64,000 bases of DNA, from assembly GCA_963813155.1 (NCBI GenBank), contig CAWEYG010000003.1, positions 832,001-896,000 of the forward strand. Reading direction: 5' to 3'. Under the pieces are notes generated by a model that saw only the letters and a list, made by a program, of their open reading frames with translations, was not told the DNA's origin and did no database searches. This document shows, piece after piece, positions 9,257 through 20,078 of this stretch (its first letter is position 1; each line of letters opens with the position of its first letter). The stretch is from an uncultured Acidobacteriota bacterium (lineage in GTDB: Bacteria > Acidobacteriota > Thermoanaerobaculia > UBA5066 > DATFVB01). Made by a program: the position numbers and the translations under genes.

Positions 9257-11906
9257 ATGGCGCCCGAATCCGGGCGGCCGCCAGAAGATTCCGTCGTTCG
9301 CGCCTCCGCGGCAACCGCTGCGACGCCGACCGTCGCCTGCACGATCGTCTCGAAGAACTATCTCAGCCTCGCGCGTGTCTGGAACGACTCGCTGAGGCGC
9401 CTGCACCCCGAGATCCGCACGATCGTTCTGCTCGTCGACCGAATCGACGGCTGTTTTGATCCCGAGCGGGAGGGATTCGAAGTCCTCGAAGCCGAGGAGC
9501 TCGGAATCCCCGACTTCCTCGACATGGCCTTCAAGTACAACATCGTCGAGCTCAACACGGCCGTCAAGCCCTTCCTGCTCGACTACCTTCTCCGTCGCCG
9601 CGGCATCGAGCGAGTCCTTTACTTCGATCCGGACACGGTTCTCTACGGCCGGCTGGACAAGGTCCTCGGCACCCTCGAAAACCGCCAGATCATCCTCGTA
9701 CCGCACATTCTCGCTCCGCAGGAGAGCGACGGTCGCCGCCCCAACGAGACGGATTTTCTGATTTCCGGCACCTACAACCTCGGGTTCCTCGCGCTCCGGA
9801 AATCCGAAGTGGTCTTTTCGTTCCTTCGATGGTGGCAGGACAAGCTCGCCGACGGAGCGTTTTCCGCGCCGGAGCGGGGCCTCTTCACGGACCAGAAGTG
9901 GATCGACCTCGTCCCGAGCATCTTCTCGGGCGTCGAAATCTTCAAGGACCGCGGGTACAACGTGGCCTATTGGAACCTGCAGGAACGGATGGACCTCGCC
10001 GAAGTGGCCGGCAGCTACCGTTTTCCGGAATGCCCGCTGACATTTTTCCATTTCAGCGGTCTGGAGTTCGGCAAGGTCGAGCGGATCTCCAAGTACCAGA
10101 ACCGGTTCCGCTTCCACAATCTCCCGGCTCCTTACCAGAAGTTGTTCACGGGATACGTTGACGCCATCCGCACCGCCGGCCACGAGGCGACCCGAAGGTA
10201 TCCCTACGCGTTCGACGCTTTCGACGACGGCGTCCGGATCTCGCCTTATCTGCGCTCGCTCTACCACAAGCAGGGGTCCGAACGGGAGCGCTGGGGCGAC
10301 CCCTTTCGGGCGCGCGGCCGCAACACGTTCCGCGAATGGCTGCTCGAGCCGGGCGAGTTCGGCTCGGCGACTCCGCGGGTGCTCGCCGGCATCTACGAGT
10401 CCCGGCCCGACGTCCGAGCCGCGATTCCGAACGGTGAGCGCGAAAACGCGAAACTCCTCCTGGGATGGGCTGTCGGCTCGACGCCGAGGGAATACAAGCT
10501 CGACCCGTTTTTCGTCGACCAGTTTCGGGATCTCTTCGACGCGATCGAGGCCGCGGAAACCGCGATCCGCGTCGCTCGAGAGGCCCGGGAACGCGAGCTG
10601 CTCGGAGCCGCGCGGCCGATCCCTACTACGCCGAGCCGAGGCTCCCCGGCAAACGCGCGCTCCAGCGCATTCTGACCCGCCCGGTCTACCGAAGGCTCCG
10701 GAAGTGGATCTGGCAATATCCCTTCTGGCGGCGGCCCCGGAGCCCGAGGCATCGCACCGGCGCCGGCGCCGGCTCGAGAACCTCGATCCGAACCTTCCTC
10801 CCGGCGTCAACCTTTTCGGCTACTTCGACACCGAGAGCGGAGTCGGGGAAATCGCGCGCAGCATGGCGGCGATGTTGGAACGGTCGGGAACTCCCCACGC
10901 GCTCGTCAACGTGGGCCAGAAGTGGCTGCGCCGCGGGGACCGCCGAGTCCAGCAATTTTCGGCCTCGAACCCGTACGCGGTCAACCTGTTCATGATCAAC
11001 GCCGACCAGCTTCCCCACGTTCTCGCACAGATTGGCGAGTCCGCCCGCCGCGGCCGGACGAACGTCGGCTACTGGTTCTGGGAGCTGTCCACGTTTCCGC
11101 AGACTTCCGCGGGAGCTTTCGGGTTCCTCGACGAAGTGTGGGTCGCGTCGGAGTTCTGCCTGAAGGCGATCTCGGCCGCATCGCCGATCCCGGTCGTGAA
11201 AGTCTCTCCCGGATTCGAGTTCGAGCGACCGCGAGGTCGCCGGACACGCTCGTCCTTCGGGATCCGGGATGACGATTTCGTCTTCCTCTATGTCTTCGAC
11301 AGCGCTTCGTCGGTCAAGCGCAAGAATCCGGCCGGCCTCATTCGGGCCTTCCAGACGGCATTCCCGAACCCCGGGCGAGAAAGGCTCGTCCTCAAGACGA
11401 TCAACTCGACCCCGCAGAGAGACGCGGCTCTCTCCCGACTGGCGCGATCCGGGCGCGTCGAGATTCTCAGCGAATACCTCGATCGGCACGAGTTGCTGGA
11501 CCTGCTCGCGGTGGCCGACTGCTATGTGTCGCTCCATCGAAGCGAGGGCCTGGGCCTGACGCTGCTCGAATCGATGGCCCTCGGCAAACCGGTGATCGCA
11601 ACCGACTACTCGGGCAGCGTTGACTTTCTGCGTCCGGATGTCGGCTTTCCCGTGCCCTACCGGCTCGTCTCCCTCGTTCGCAACGTCGGGCCCTACGCGA
11701 AAGGAAGCGTGTGGGCCGAGCCCGACCTCGACGAGGCGGCACGTCTCATGAAGTTCGTCCGCGAGAACTCTCCCCAGTCCCTGGCGGTTGCGGCCGCGGC
11801 CCGTCACGAGGTCGAGACCTCATGGTCGATTGCGGCAGCCAGCCGCCGCCTTCAAAAGGAGGTCGATCGTCTGTTGGGAGAGCGGAGGGCGGCGAAGTCC
11901 GTCTAG
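9257..11906 (+). CDS. Two-domain glycosyltransferase (N-terminal GT-A-like plus C-terminal GT4); apparent frameshifts near 10600 and 10735
   Basis: CTIVSKNYL, ELNTAVKP, YFDPD and FTDQKW in the first frame; GVNLFGY, GYWFWEL and SLHRSEGLGLTLLESMALGKPVIAT in the last; a linker reads in a third frame. Confidence 0.8.
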
Positions 11907-11921
11907 GAGAGGGACAGGGAG

Positions 11922-12725
11922 TCAGGACGCCCGGGCGCCCGCCGCCACGCCCGGAGTGAGGCCGAGGTCTGCGGCGTATGCGCCCGCATCCGCGCCGCCG
12001 CTCGCCGACCAGGAGTGATAGGCGTTGGTGACCTGTTCGGGGTCGCCGTCGGCGATGAGCCGGCCGTGATCGATCCACATGACCCTCCCGCACGAGTCGA
12101 CGATCTGGCCGAGCGAGTGCGAGACGATCACGACGGTCTTTCCGGCCCGGCGAAAGCTATCCATCCTCTCGCGGCATTTCGTCTGGAACCTCTCGTCTCC
12201 CACCGAAAGGGCTTCGTCCACGATGAGCACGTCGGGGTCCACGTCCGTTGCCACGGAAAACGCGAGCCTCGCCACCATCCCCGTCGAGTACGTCCGGACC
12301 GGCGAATCGAGGAAGTCCTGGAGCTCGGCAAATTCGACGATTCGCCCCGTCCTTCGCTGCATCTCCCGGCGCGAGAACCCGAGCAAGGCGCCCTGAAGGC
12401 AGATGTTTTCTCGTCCGGTCAGCTCGCCGCTCATTCCCAGACCCAGCTCGAGCAGCGGCGAGACCTTCCCGTAAACGACCACGCGGCCGGAGGAGGGCCG
12501 ATGAACGCGCGAGATCACCTTCAGGAGGGTGCTCTTCCCCGCGCCGTTCTGGCCGATGATCCCGACGCACTCGCCGTTCGAAATCGTCGCCGAGACATTC
12601 CGAAGCGCCTCGAGCTCTTCGTAGCTCACCTGCCCCTTGAGCATTTTGATGACGTGCGATTTCAGCGTCCAGCCCGCGCCCCGGGCGAGCCGATAACGGA
12701 TCGAGACGTTTTCGAGACGGATCAT
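11922..12725 (-). CDS. wzt: Polysaccharide ABC transporter ATP-binding protein
   Basis: GQNGAGKST, YSTGMVARLAFS and VDEALSVGD; adjacent to wzm. Confidence 0.92.
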   Translation of the reverse strand: MIRLENVSIRYRLARGAGWTLKSHVIKMLKGQVSYEELEALRNVSATISNGECVGIIGQNGAGKSTLLKVISRVHRPSSGRVVVYGKVSPLLELGLGMSGELTGRENICLQGALLGFSRREMQRRTGRIVEFAELQDFLDSPVRTYSTGMVARLAFSVATDVDPDVLIVDEALSVGDERFQTKCRERMDSFRRAGKTVVIVSHSLGQIVDSCGRVMWIDHGRLIADGDPEQVTNAYHSWSASGGADAGAYAADLGLTPGVAAGARAS

Positions 12726-12731
12726 CGGTCT

Positions 12732-13577
12732 TCAGCTCCGGAACGCATATTCGTCGATCCGCCGGCAAAAGAAGATCCACCCGGCCAGGAGCGTGCCGAA
12801 CGCGATCGCAGCCGAGAAGAGAATCACGCTGGCCGAAGGAAGAATTCCGTCGTAAACCGGCGTCCGGAACGTCTGGATCAGGTAATAGTGCGGATTGAGC
12901 CAGAGAATAAAACGATATTTCGCGGGCACGATCGACGGAGCGTAGACGATCGGAGTGATGAAAAACCAGGTGTTGATCAACACGAGGTACATCTCGCGGA
13001 TGTCGGAGAACCGCGATGCCAGCGTGAAGATCAGAAAACCGAGGCCCAGGGTGAACGCGGTCTCGAGCAGAAGGGCGAACGGCAGGAACCAGGTCGTCGA
13101 GTGGAAGCGGAAGCGGATCGCGACGAGGATCAGCGCGAACGGCGCGAGCGAAAGGAAAAGATTGACGAGCGCGACGCCAGTCGAAGAGATGACGAACACC
13201 GAACGGGGAATGAAGATCCTCTTCGAAAACTCGTTCGAGTCGTGAGTCTGCGCCGCGGCAAACGACGTCGCGGAGGAGAAATACGTCCAGTACATCGAGC
13301 CGATCATGAAAAAGGCGGGATAGTTGCGGATCTGCTGCTTGAGCAGGCTCGAAAAAACGAGCGTCAGCGCGACCATGTTGATCAGGGGCGCCAGCATCGT
13401 CCACCCGATCCCGAGAATCGAGCGCTTGTAGCGGGTCTTGATGTCCCGGATCACGAGCTCGCAAACGAGGCTTCGATAGGCCCAGACGTTCTTGATCTCG
13501 TCCCACTCGCGGAAGGTTCGCTCGTCCGAATCGTAGATCTGAACGTGCGAATCCGGCGTGGAACGTGCTCTCGCCAT
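12732..13577 (-). CDS. wzm: Polysaccharide ABC transporter permease
   Basis: RDIKTRYKRSILGIGW, FFITPIVY and WLNP; multiple hydrophobic helices. Confidence 0.92.
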   Translation of the reverse strand: MARARSTPDSHVQIYDSDERTFREWDEIKNVWAYRSLVCELVIRDIKTRYKRSILGIGWTMLAPLINMVALTLVFSSLLKQQIRNYPAFFMIGSMYWTYFSSATSFAAAQTHDSNEFSKRIFIPRSVFVISSTGVALVNLFLSLAPFALILVAIRFRFHSTTWFLPFALLLETAFTLGLGFLIFTLASRFSDIREMYLVLINTWFFITPIVYAPSIVPAKYRFILWLNPHYYLIQTFRTPVYDGILPSASVILFSAAIAFGTLLAGWIFFCRRIDEYAFRS

Positions 13578-13586
13578 CGTGGCCGG

Positions 13587-16500
13587 TCAATATACCAGAT
13601 GGGCGAGAGCCTGCCGCGCGCGCTCGGACCAGTCGTTTTCGCGCGCAAACGCCCGAATTTTCTCGCGGAAACGCTCGTCCTTCGAAGCCGCCAGGGCTTG
13701 CGAGAGCGCCCGGCTCCACTCCTCGGGAGTGGCGGCCGTCCACACGCCCGGAATCTCCCGCGTCTCCGCCATCGGCGTCGACACGACCGGTTTTCCCGCC
13801 GCGAGGTACTCGTAGAGCTTGATCGGCGAGACGCCGTTGGTGACGGGCGAGACGCAGAACGGAATCAGGCCGACGTCGGCCCCCGAAAGGACGTCCGGGA
13901 TCCCCGAGTTCTCGACTGCGCCCCGAAACTTGACGTTCGAAAGAGCTCGAATGCCCGACGATGCGAATTCCTCGTCCAGCGATTCCCCACAGAGTTGAAA
14001 CTCCCAGCCGGGATCTGCCTTCGCGACGTCCGAGAGCAGGCGGAAGTCCACCCATCGAGCGAGCGCCCCGACGTAGACCGCGGCCGGCGGACCGGCGCCC
14101 CGCCCGGCGGTCGCGGCCTCGAACCGGCTGAAGTCCACGGCGTTGGGCAGGTACCGGGCGTCCGGCCGGATCGCGGCGATCTCCGCGAGCAGCGGCCGCG
14201 AAACGGCAAACACGGCATCGGCCTCGCGCAACGCGCGCTCGTGCCGCCGGCGCAGGTCGCTCTTCGGCTGGGGGAAGACGTCGAGATGGTCGATGCAGTC
14301 GTAGACGAGACGAGCTCCGGGCCAATCCGCCTTCGGAGGAACGTTGTACGCGAAGGTCCAGAGGACGGGCCTCTCGATCGAACGAAGCGTTTCCGGGTCG
14401 CCACGAAAAAGATGAAGCCCCGGCTCCGCTTCGCGAAACCCCAGGAAACCGTCCGCGGAATGATCGCCGCAATCGAAGACAACGCGGGTGCCCAAGCGCG
14501 CGAAAGCGCGGGCCAGGTGGTGGGGCCTCTGGACAAGCGTGACATTCCACCCGATCGACGGCGGAAAGACGATCACGGGGGCCGGGCCCCGCAGGCCCAT
14601 CGGCAGGCCGCCCGCTTCACGCCATTTCTCGCGAAAGCGTCGTTCGTTTTCGCGGTAGATCCGGAGATATTCCTCCTCGCCGAGCTTCTCGAAGCTCGCG
14701 CGGCCCCGGTGGTGCACGAAAGAGTCGCGGGCGCACGCGATCGCGTATCCCGCTTCCCGAACCCGCCGGCTGTAGTCGTCGTCCTCGAACATCCCCACCG
14801 AGAACCGCTCGTCGAGAGGGCCGATCTCGTCGTACAGCGCCCGCCGGAAGGCCGTGCAGAACATCGCCACCATGGGAACCGGAACGACGCGGCCCGCGTT
14901 TCTCGCGGTGAACTCGCGCGCCCATTCCCGCAGCTCCGCAAGGTTCGAATACGAAACGGGCACGCGAGCCTCGTTTGCGATCTCGTTCGTCGAGGATCCG
15001 ATCAACCCGAGAGCCGGGTCTCGTTCGAGATGCGCGAACAGCGCGGAAAGCCATCCGCGGGTGACGACCGTGTCGTTGTTGAGGAGACACAGGTACGAGC
15101 CGGACGATGCCGCGATTCCCCGGTTGACGGCGGGCGCGAATCCGAGATTTTCCCCGTGGAGGACGACTCGGAGCTCCGGCGTGCGGGAGCGCTCCTCGAT
15201 CAGCCATTCCGGCGTCCCGTCTTTCGACCCGTTGTCGACGAAGACCAGCTCCAGGTTCGGCCAGTCGGTTTCCGAAAGGAGCGAGGAGAGACAGGCGCGG
15301 TTGAACTCGAGATTCCCGAACGTGACGACGACGACCGAGGCGGGCGGGTACAGCGCGCGCATCGCCCGGAGCAACTCCCGAGCGCGAGCCGTCCAGCTGT
15401 TCGCCCGGGCAAACGCGGCTCGGCGCTCGCGCAGGGCCGGATCGCCTTCCGCCAGGGCAGCCGCGATCTGCGTCTCGAATTCCGCGGCATCCGGCGCGAG
15501 CCGAACGAGCCCGTCGTCCGCGAGCGGAACCAGCTCCGGGATGTGCGTCGCCACGACCGGCTTTCCGGAAGAAAGCATTTCGTAGACCTTCACCGGATTC
15601 GTCGCCTCGATCAGGGGGCCGAGTCGAAACGGGATGATCGACACGTCGAAGCGCGCGAGCGCGGCGGGCAATTCCGTGTAGGGGGTCTCTCCGCCGAACC
15701 GGACGTTGCGGGACCTGGAGTTTTTCCGCCTCCGATCCGAACGTCGATCCCAGAATCTCGAAATCCCAGCCCGGCCGCCGGCGCGCCAGCTGTGCGACGA
15801 GATCGAGGTCGAACCACTCGGAAACCGCGCCGAAATAGCCGATCCGGGGCCGCGGACCGGAAGGCCGAGCCGAAGCGGAAGAGAAGAACTCGAAGTCCGC
15901 GGCGTTGCGCAGCAGCAGGACTTCCTCCCGAAGGTCTGACATCTTCTCGAACAGCTTCCGGGAGGAAGCGAAGACGAGATCGGCGGAGCCTCGCCAGCCG
16001 CCGCTCCTCTTCCTCGACGAACGCCCCGCGAGCGTCGGAAAACGCCGCGTGGTCGTCGATGCAGTCGTAGGCGACCTTCCATCCCCGCTCGGAGCGCAGC
16101 TCCTCCGCGAGGAGTCGCCAGTACGGCAGCTCCACGAGCACGACCGCGTGCCGGACGGAGAAGCGCTCCGCGACGGCCCTCACGCTTTCGAGGGCCGCCG
16201 AAAGGCGGGCGGAATCGAGGGCACGCTCGTAGAGATCCTCCCGCCGCGCGCCGGCGACCGGGAACAGCACGACGCCCGGCTCGGGCGATCCGACCGGGCC
16301 GCCGGAGAGCTCCGCGAAAAACACGCGGCCTCCGAGCTTCGCGAGCGCGGACGCGAGCTGCTGGGGCCGCTGCCGCCGGAAATTCCACTCTCCCTGAGAC
16401 AGGAGAAACACGTCGGGACGGCCGGGCCGCTCCTCCCGCCGTGACGGCGGAAGCGCCGATTCGAACGCGGGCTTTCGAATTCCGAAAAGGCGCTCGACCG

Positions 16501-16588
16501 GAATTCGCCGCCGGATCGCGCGCCTCCAGCGCAGGGGGATCGCGGCCCGGCCCCACCGGTACATCCCCTCGAGCCAGGAACCCGTCAT
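13587..16588 (-). CDS. Multidomain glycosyltransferase (GT4-GT2-GT4-like); apparent frameshifts near 15990 and 15712
   Basis: [49 protein letters not shown] and [16 protein letters not shown] spread over three frames. Confidence 0.82.
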
Positions 16589-16589
16589 T

Positions 16590-17879
16590 TCATCGCCGCC
16601 GGGAGCGGAGGACCTCGAGACGCTGCTTCAGCATCCCGGCGACGGCCGGGCGCCCGTAACGGGTCTCGACGAGGGCCGCGGCCGCGGCGCCGCGCCGACC
16701 CGATTCCTCGCGATCCTCGAAGACCCTTCGCATGGCGAGCGCCGCCGCGTCCAGGTCCGGCTCCGCCCAGATCGCCCCCTTCTCGTAGGGCCCGATCGCC
16801 TGGGAAAGCTCGACAAGGCGGTACGGGACGGGAAATCCCGTCGCCTCGGAGAGAAAATCGACCGTTCCCGAATAGCCCGTCGCGATCACCGGCTTTCCGA
16901 GCGCCATCGCTTCCGCGCAGGGAAGGCCGAATCCTTCGGAGCGGTGCAGCGACACGAGCGCGTCGCAATTGGTCAAGAGGCCGTCGATCTCTTCTCGCGA
17001 CGAGATCCAGTCGAGCACGCGAATCGGTCTCCCGCGCGCCGCGGCCTTCAGCTTCTCGACTCCCTCCGGATCGGTGTCCGGGTGATTGATCTTGAGGATC
17101 AGCTGGGTCTCCGGCGATCCGCCGAAAGCCTGAAGGAACGCCTCGATTGCCCCCTCCGGGTTCTTTCTCGAAAGAACGCTCCCCGCGTCGGCAAGGGCGA
17201 GAAAAACGAAGGCATTCGGGTGAAGCCCGAGTTGCCATCTCTTTCTCTGCGACCGGCGATAGGCGACGTGGGGCGGCAGGACTTGAACGGTCACCGAACC
17301 GTCGGCCGGCAGGGCGCGCTCGACGGCCCCGCGCACGAACTCCGAGGCCACCCAGATTTCGTCGAGCCTCTGAAAACGGTCGCGATGCGAGGCCGGGAGC
17401 TCCGGGAATTCCCAGTACCAGTAGCCGACGTTCACGCGGTTCGCGAAGAAGCGGCCCCCCAGATAGTCCCCCAGGATCTTCATGTGGTCCGAGTTGACGC
17501 AAAACAGGTTGACGTCGAAGGGGTTCTTCCGCTGCAGCACGCCGAGAGAATCGTCCTCGTCGAACCGGTCGCGGTCCGCGCCGTCCGCGTTGACGAGCGA
17601 GGTCGGAATCCCCGCGTCGTGCGCCGCCTGTACGAACGATCGCCCCGACTCCCCCACTCCCGAGGCCGAACGAAGGAAACCGATGACGTTTAACCCGGCC
17701 GGCAGATTCTGTTTCGGGTAGAGAGCGGGGTCGAAGTCGAGCCGCACCGACCAGGCGTGGTATCGCCGAAGGAGGCGCGTGGGCACCACGTGGATCAGGA
17801 GCCATCGCCAGGGGCGGAGCTTCTGAAACAGCCCGCGGACCCGGTGGGACAGCGGCAGACCGGGCGTCTCTCGACTCAT
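16590..17879 (-). CDS. GT4 glycosyltransferase
   Basis: GYWYWEF and SLHRSEGFGLPCAEAMALGKPVIATGYSG; paralog of the C-terminal domain of 9257..11906. Confidence 0.88.
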   Translation of the reverse strand: MSRETPGLPLSHRVRGLFQKLRPWRWLLIHVVPTRLLRRYHAWSVRLDFDPALYPKQNLPAGLNVIGFLRSASGVGESGRSFVQAAHDAGIPTSLVNADGADRDRFDEDDSLGVLQRKNPFDVNLFCVNSDHMKILGDYLGGRFFANRVNVGYWYWEFPELPASHRDRFQRLDEIWVASEFVRGAVERALPADGSVTVQVLPPHVAYRRSQRKRWQLGLHPNAFVFLALADAGSVLSRKNPEGAIEAFLQAFGGSPETQLILKINHPDTDPEGVEKLKAAARGRPIRVLDWISSREEIDGLLTNCDALVSLHRSEGFGLPCAEAMALGKPVIATGYSGTVDFLSEATGFPVPYRLVELSQAIGPYEKGAIWAEPDLDAAALAMRRVFEDREESGRRGAAAAALVETRYGRPAVAGMLKQRLEVLRSRRR

Positions 17880-18988
17880 GGTTCCGGCGAGAAATCCGCG
17901 ACGGGCCGGCCCGCCAGGATTCCGACGATCCGCTCGGCCGCCTTTCCGTCGCCGTACGGGTTCCGAACGCGCGCCATCGCGCGGTGCGCCGTTTCGTCCG
18001 TCAGCAGGCGCTCGGCTTCCGCGAAGATCCGTTCTTCGTCGGTTCCCACGAGCCGGGCAACGCCGGCCTCGATTCCCTCGGGGCGTTCCGTCGTCGTTCT
18101 CAGGACGAGCGTGGGCACCCCGAACGCGGGCGCTTCCTCCTGAATTCCGCCGCTGTCGGTCAGGATGATCCGGGAGGCGCGGATCCAGGAAACGAGCTGC
18201 GGATAGTCCGCCGGCGGCAGCAGCTCGATGTTCCCGATTCCCTCGAAAACCGACGCCGCCTCGGCGACGTTCGGGTTCGGATGGACGGGGAACACGAATC
18301 GCATCCGGGGAAATCGCTTCGCGAGGCGGGCGATGCCGCGAAATGCGCCGCGCATCGGCTCGCCGAAGCTCTCCCGCCGGTGCGAGGTGATCAGAACGAG
18401 GCCGTCGCCGGAAGGTTCCGGCGCGGGTTGGCGGTCGCGGATCCAGTAGAGCGCGTCCACGACGGTGTTGCCGGTGACGCGAATCCCTTCCGCGCCCTCG
18501 CGCCGGAGAGCCTCCGCGCTGCGAGGCGTCGGAGCAAAATGAAGGTCCGCCACGAGGTCGGCGACCCGGCGGTTCATCTCCTCCGGGAACGGATTTCTGA
18601 GCTCGGACGTGCGGAGGCCAGCCTCGACGTGCGCGATGCGCAGGCCCCGGTTGAACGACGCGAGCGACGCCGCCATCGCGCTCGTGGTGTCGCCCTGAAC
18701 GAGGACCCAGTCGGGCCGGACATCCCCGAGCAGCCCGTCGAAGGCGGAAAAAACGCCGGACGCGATCCGGTTCGGCGTCTGGCCCGGCTTCATCAGATCG
18801 AGGTCGATCTCCGGCTGGATTCCGAAGACCGAGAAGACCCCGTCCGCCAGCTCGCGATGTTGCCCCGTTGCGCAGACGACGACTTCGAAGAGGTCCGGCT
18901 CCGCGCGTGCCTTGATCACGACCGGGGCCATCTTGATCGCCTCGGGACGCGTGCCGACGACGACGAGGAGCCGCTGGCGCGCGCTCAC
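17876..18988 (-). CDS. wecB: UDP-N-acetylglucosamine 2-epimerase (non-hydrolysing)
   Basis: GTRPEAIKMAP, GQHRE, HVEAGLR, PFPEEMNR and TDSGGIQEEAP. Confidence 0.96.
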   Translation of the reverse strand: MSARQRLLVVVGTRPEAIKMAPVVIKARAEPDLFEVVVCATGQHRELADGVFSVFGIQPEIDLDLMKPGQTPNRIASGVFSAFDGLLGDVRPDWVLVQGDTTSAMAASLASFNRGLRIAHVEAGLRTSELRNPFPEEMNRRVADLVADLHFAPTPRSAEALRREGAEGIRVTGNTVVDALYWIRDRQPAPEPSGDGLVLITSHRRESFGEPMRGAFRGIARLAKRFPRMRFVFPVHPNPNVAEAASVFEGIGNIELLPPADYPQLVSWIRASRIILTDSGGIQEEAPAFGVPTLVLRTTTERPEGIEAGVARLVGTDEERIFAEAERLLTDETAHRAMARVRNPYGDGKAAERIVGILAGRPVADFSPEP

Positions 18989-19043
18989 AGGACGGCGCCC
19001 GCGAGCGCCAGGACCTCTGTCATCAGCGGGATTCTAGCCTGCC

Positions 19044-19730
19044 TCACCGCCAGGCGAGCTGGCCCGGCGGGCGACGCGGCTTCAGGATCGCGAGCAGGAC
19101 GATTCCCGCGAGAAACCCCCCGATGTGCGCGAAATACGCGGTTCCGCCGGAGGTCGGCGTCGACATCCGCAGAGACGCCTCTCCGGAGAAGAACTGGATC
19201 ACGAACCAGAACAGGATGAAAACGAAAGCGGGGATCTCGGTCGTGAAGAAAAGGAAGAGCGGTATCAGCGTCACGATCCTCGCGCGGGGATACAGGAAAA
19301 GGTACGCGGCGAGCACCCCGGAAATCGCTCCCGAGGCCCCGAGGGAAGGAAGCCGCGATCCGGGATTGAAGAACGCGTGGCAGAACGAGGCGGAGATGCC
19401 GCAGAGCACGTAAAACACGAAGTACCGGAGATGTCCGAGCCGGTCTTCCACGTTATCCCCGAAGATGTAGAGAAAGAGCATGTTCCCGCCGATGTGGAGC
19501 CATCCCGCGTGGAGAAACATGGCGACGAGGATCGTGAAGAGCGACTGGGAGAACGAGTACTGCCCGCTCCACATTCGGGAAGGGATGAAAGAGTAGGCGT
19601 AGAGGAACGAATCGAGCCGGCGCGGAGAAAGCGAGAGCTCGAAAAAGAACCCCCACAGATTCCCGCCGATCAGAATCCAGTTCATCCACGGCGTCGTCCG
19701 CGTGCGAACCGTGTCGCGAAGGGGGATCAG
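19044..19730 (-). CDS. Rhomboid intramembrane serine protease (probable CTG start at 19730)
   Basis: MFLHAGWLHIGGNMLFL, GASGAISG and AHIGGF; the in-frame upstream extension reads (L)IPLRDTVRTRTTPW. Confidence 0.9.
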   Translation of the reverse strand: MIPLRDTVRTRTTPWMNWILIGGNLWGFFFELSLSPRRLDSFLYAYSFIPSRMWSGQYSFSQSLFTILVAMFLHAGWLHIGGNMLFLYIFGDNVEDRLGHLRYFVFYVLCGISASFCHAFFNPGSRLPSLGASGAISGVLAAYLFLYPRARIVTLIPLFLFFTTEIPAFVFILFWFVIQFFSGEASLRMSTPTSGGTAYFAHIGGFLAGIVLLAILKPRRPPGQLAWR

Positions 19731-19731
19731 G

Positions 19732-20034
19732 TCAGGAGATCGCTTTCGCGTCCGGGCCCGGGTTGACGGCCTGCTTCAATTCCTTGCCCGCCTTGAATTT
19801 TACCGTTCGAGAAGCGGCGATGCGGATCGTCTCGCCCGTCTTCGGATTTCGCCCCTGCCGTTCCGGCCGGTCCGCGACCACGAACGACCCGAGCCCCGGG
19901 ATGCTGACCTTCTCCCCGCGGCGGAAAGCGAGCGTCAGGGCGCTGAGGAACGCTTCATAGGCCGTTTCGGCTTCCCGCCTGGATACCTGCATCGCTTCCG
20001 CGATCGCGTCGATGATCTCCGTCTTTCCCGCCAT
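19732..20034 (-). CDS. hup: HU/IHF-family DNA-binding protein
   Basis: GLGSF...RPERQGRNPKTGETIRI...VKFKAGKELK. Confidence 0.93.
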   Translation of the reverse strand: MAGKTEIIDAIAEAMQVSRREAETAYEAFLSALTLAFRRGEKVSIPGLGSFVVADRPERQGRNPKTGETIRIAASRTVKFKAGKELKQAVNPGPDAKAIS

Positions 20035-20078
20035 GTCCCCTCCCGTTCTCCGAATCTAAGCGGGGCGACGGCGATTTG

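Noticed and set aside
12015-16070. Very long opposite-strand or alternative-frame ORFs (e.g. 12015..16070+, 26723..29344+, 32027..34804-, 57807..60656+)
   Set aside because: They are Arg/Pro/Gly-rich shadow frames of recognisable genes in a high-GC genome and carry no motifs.
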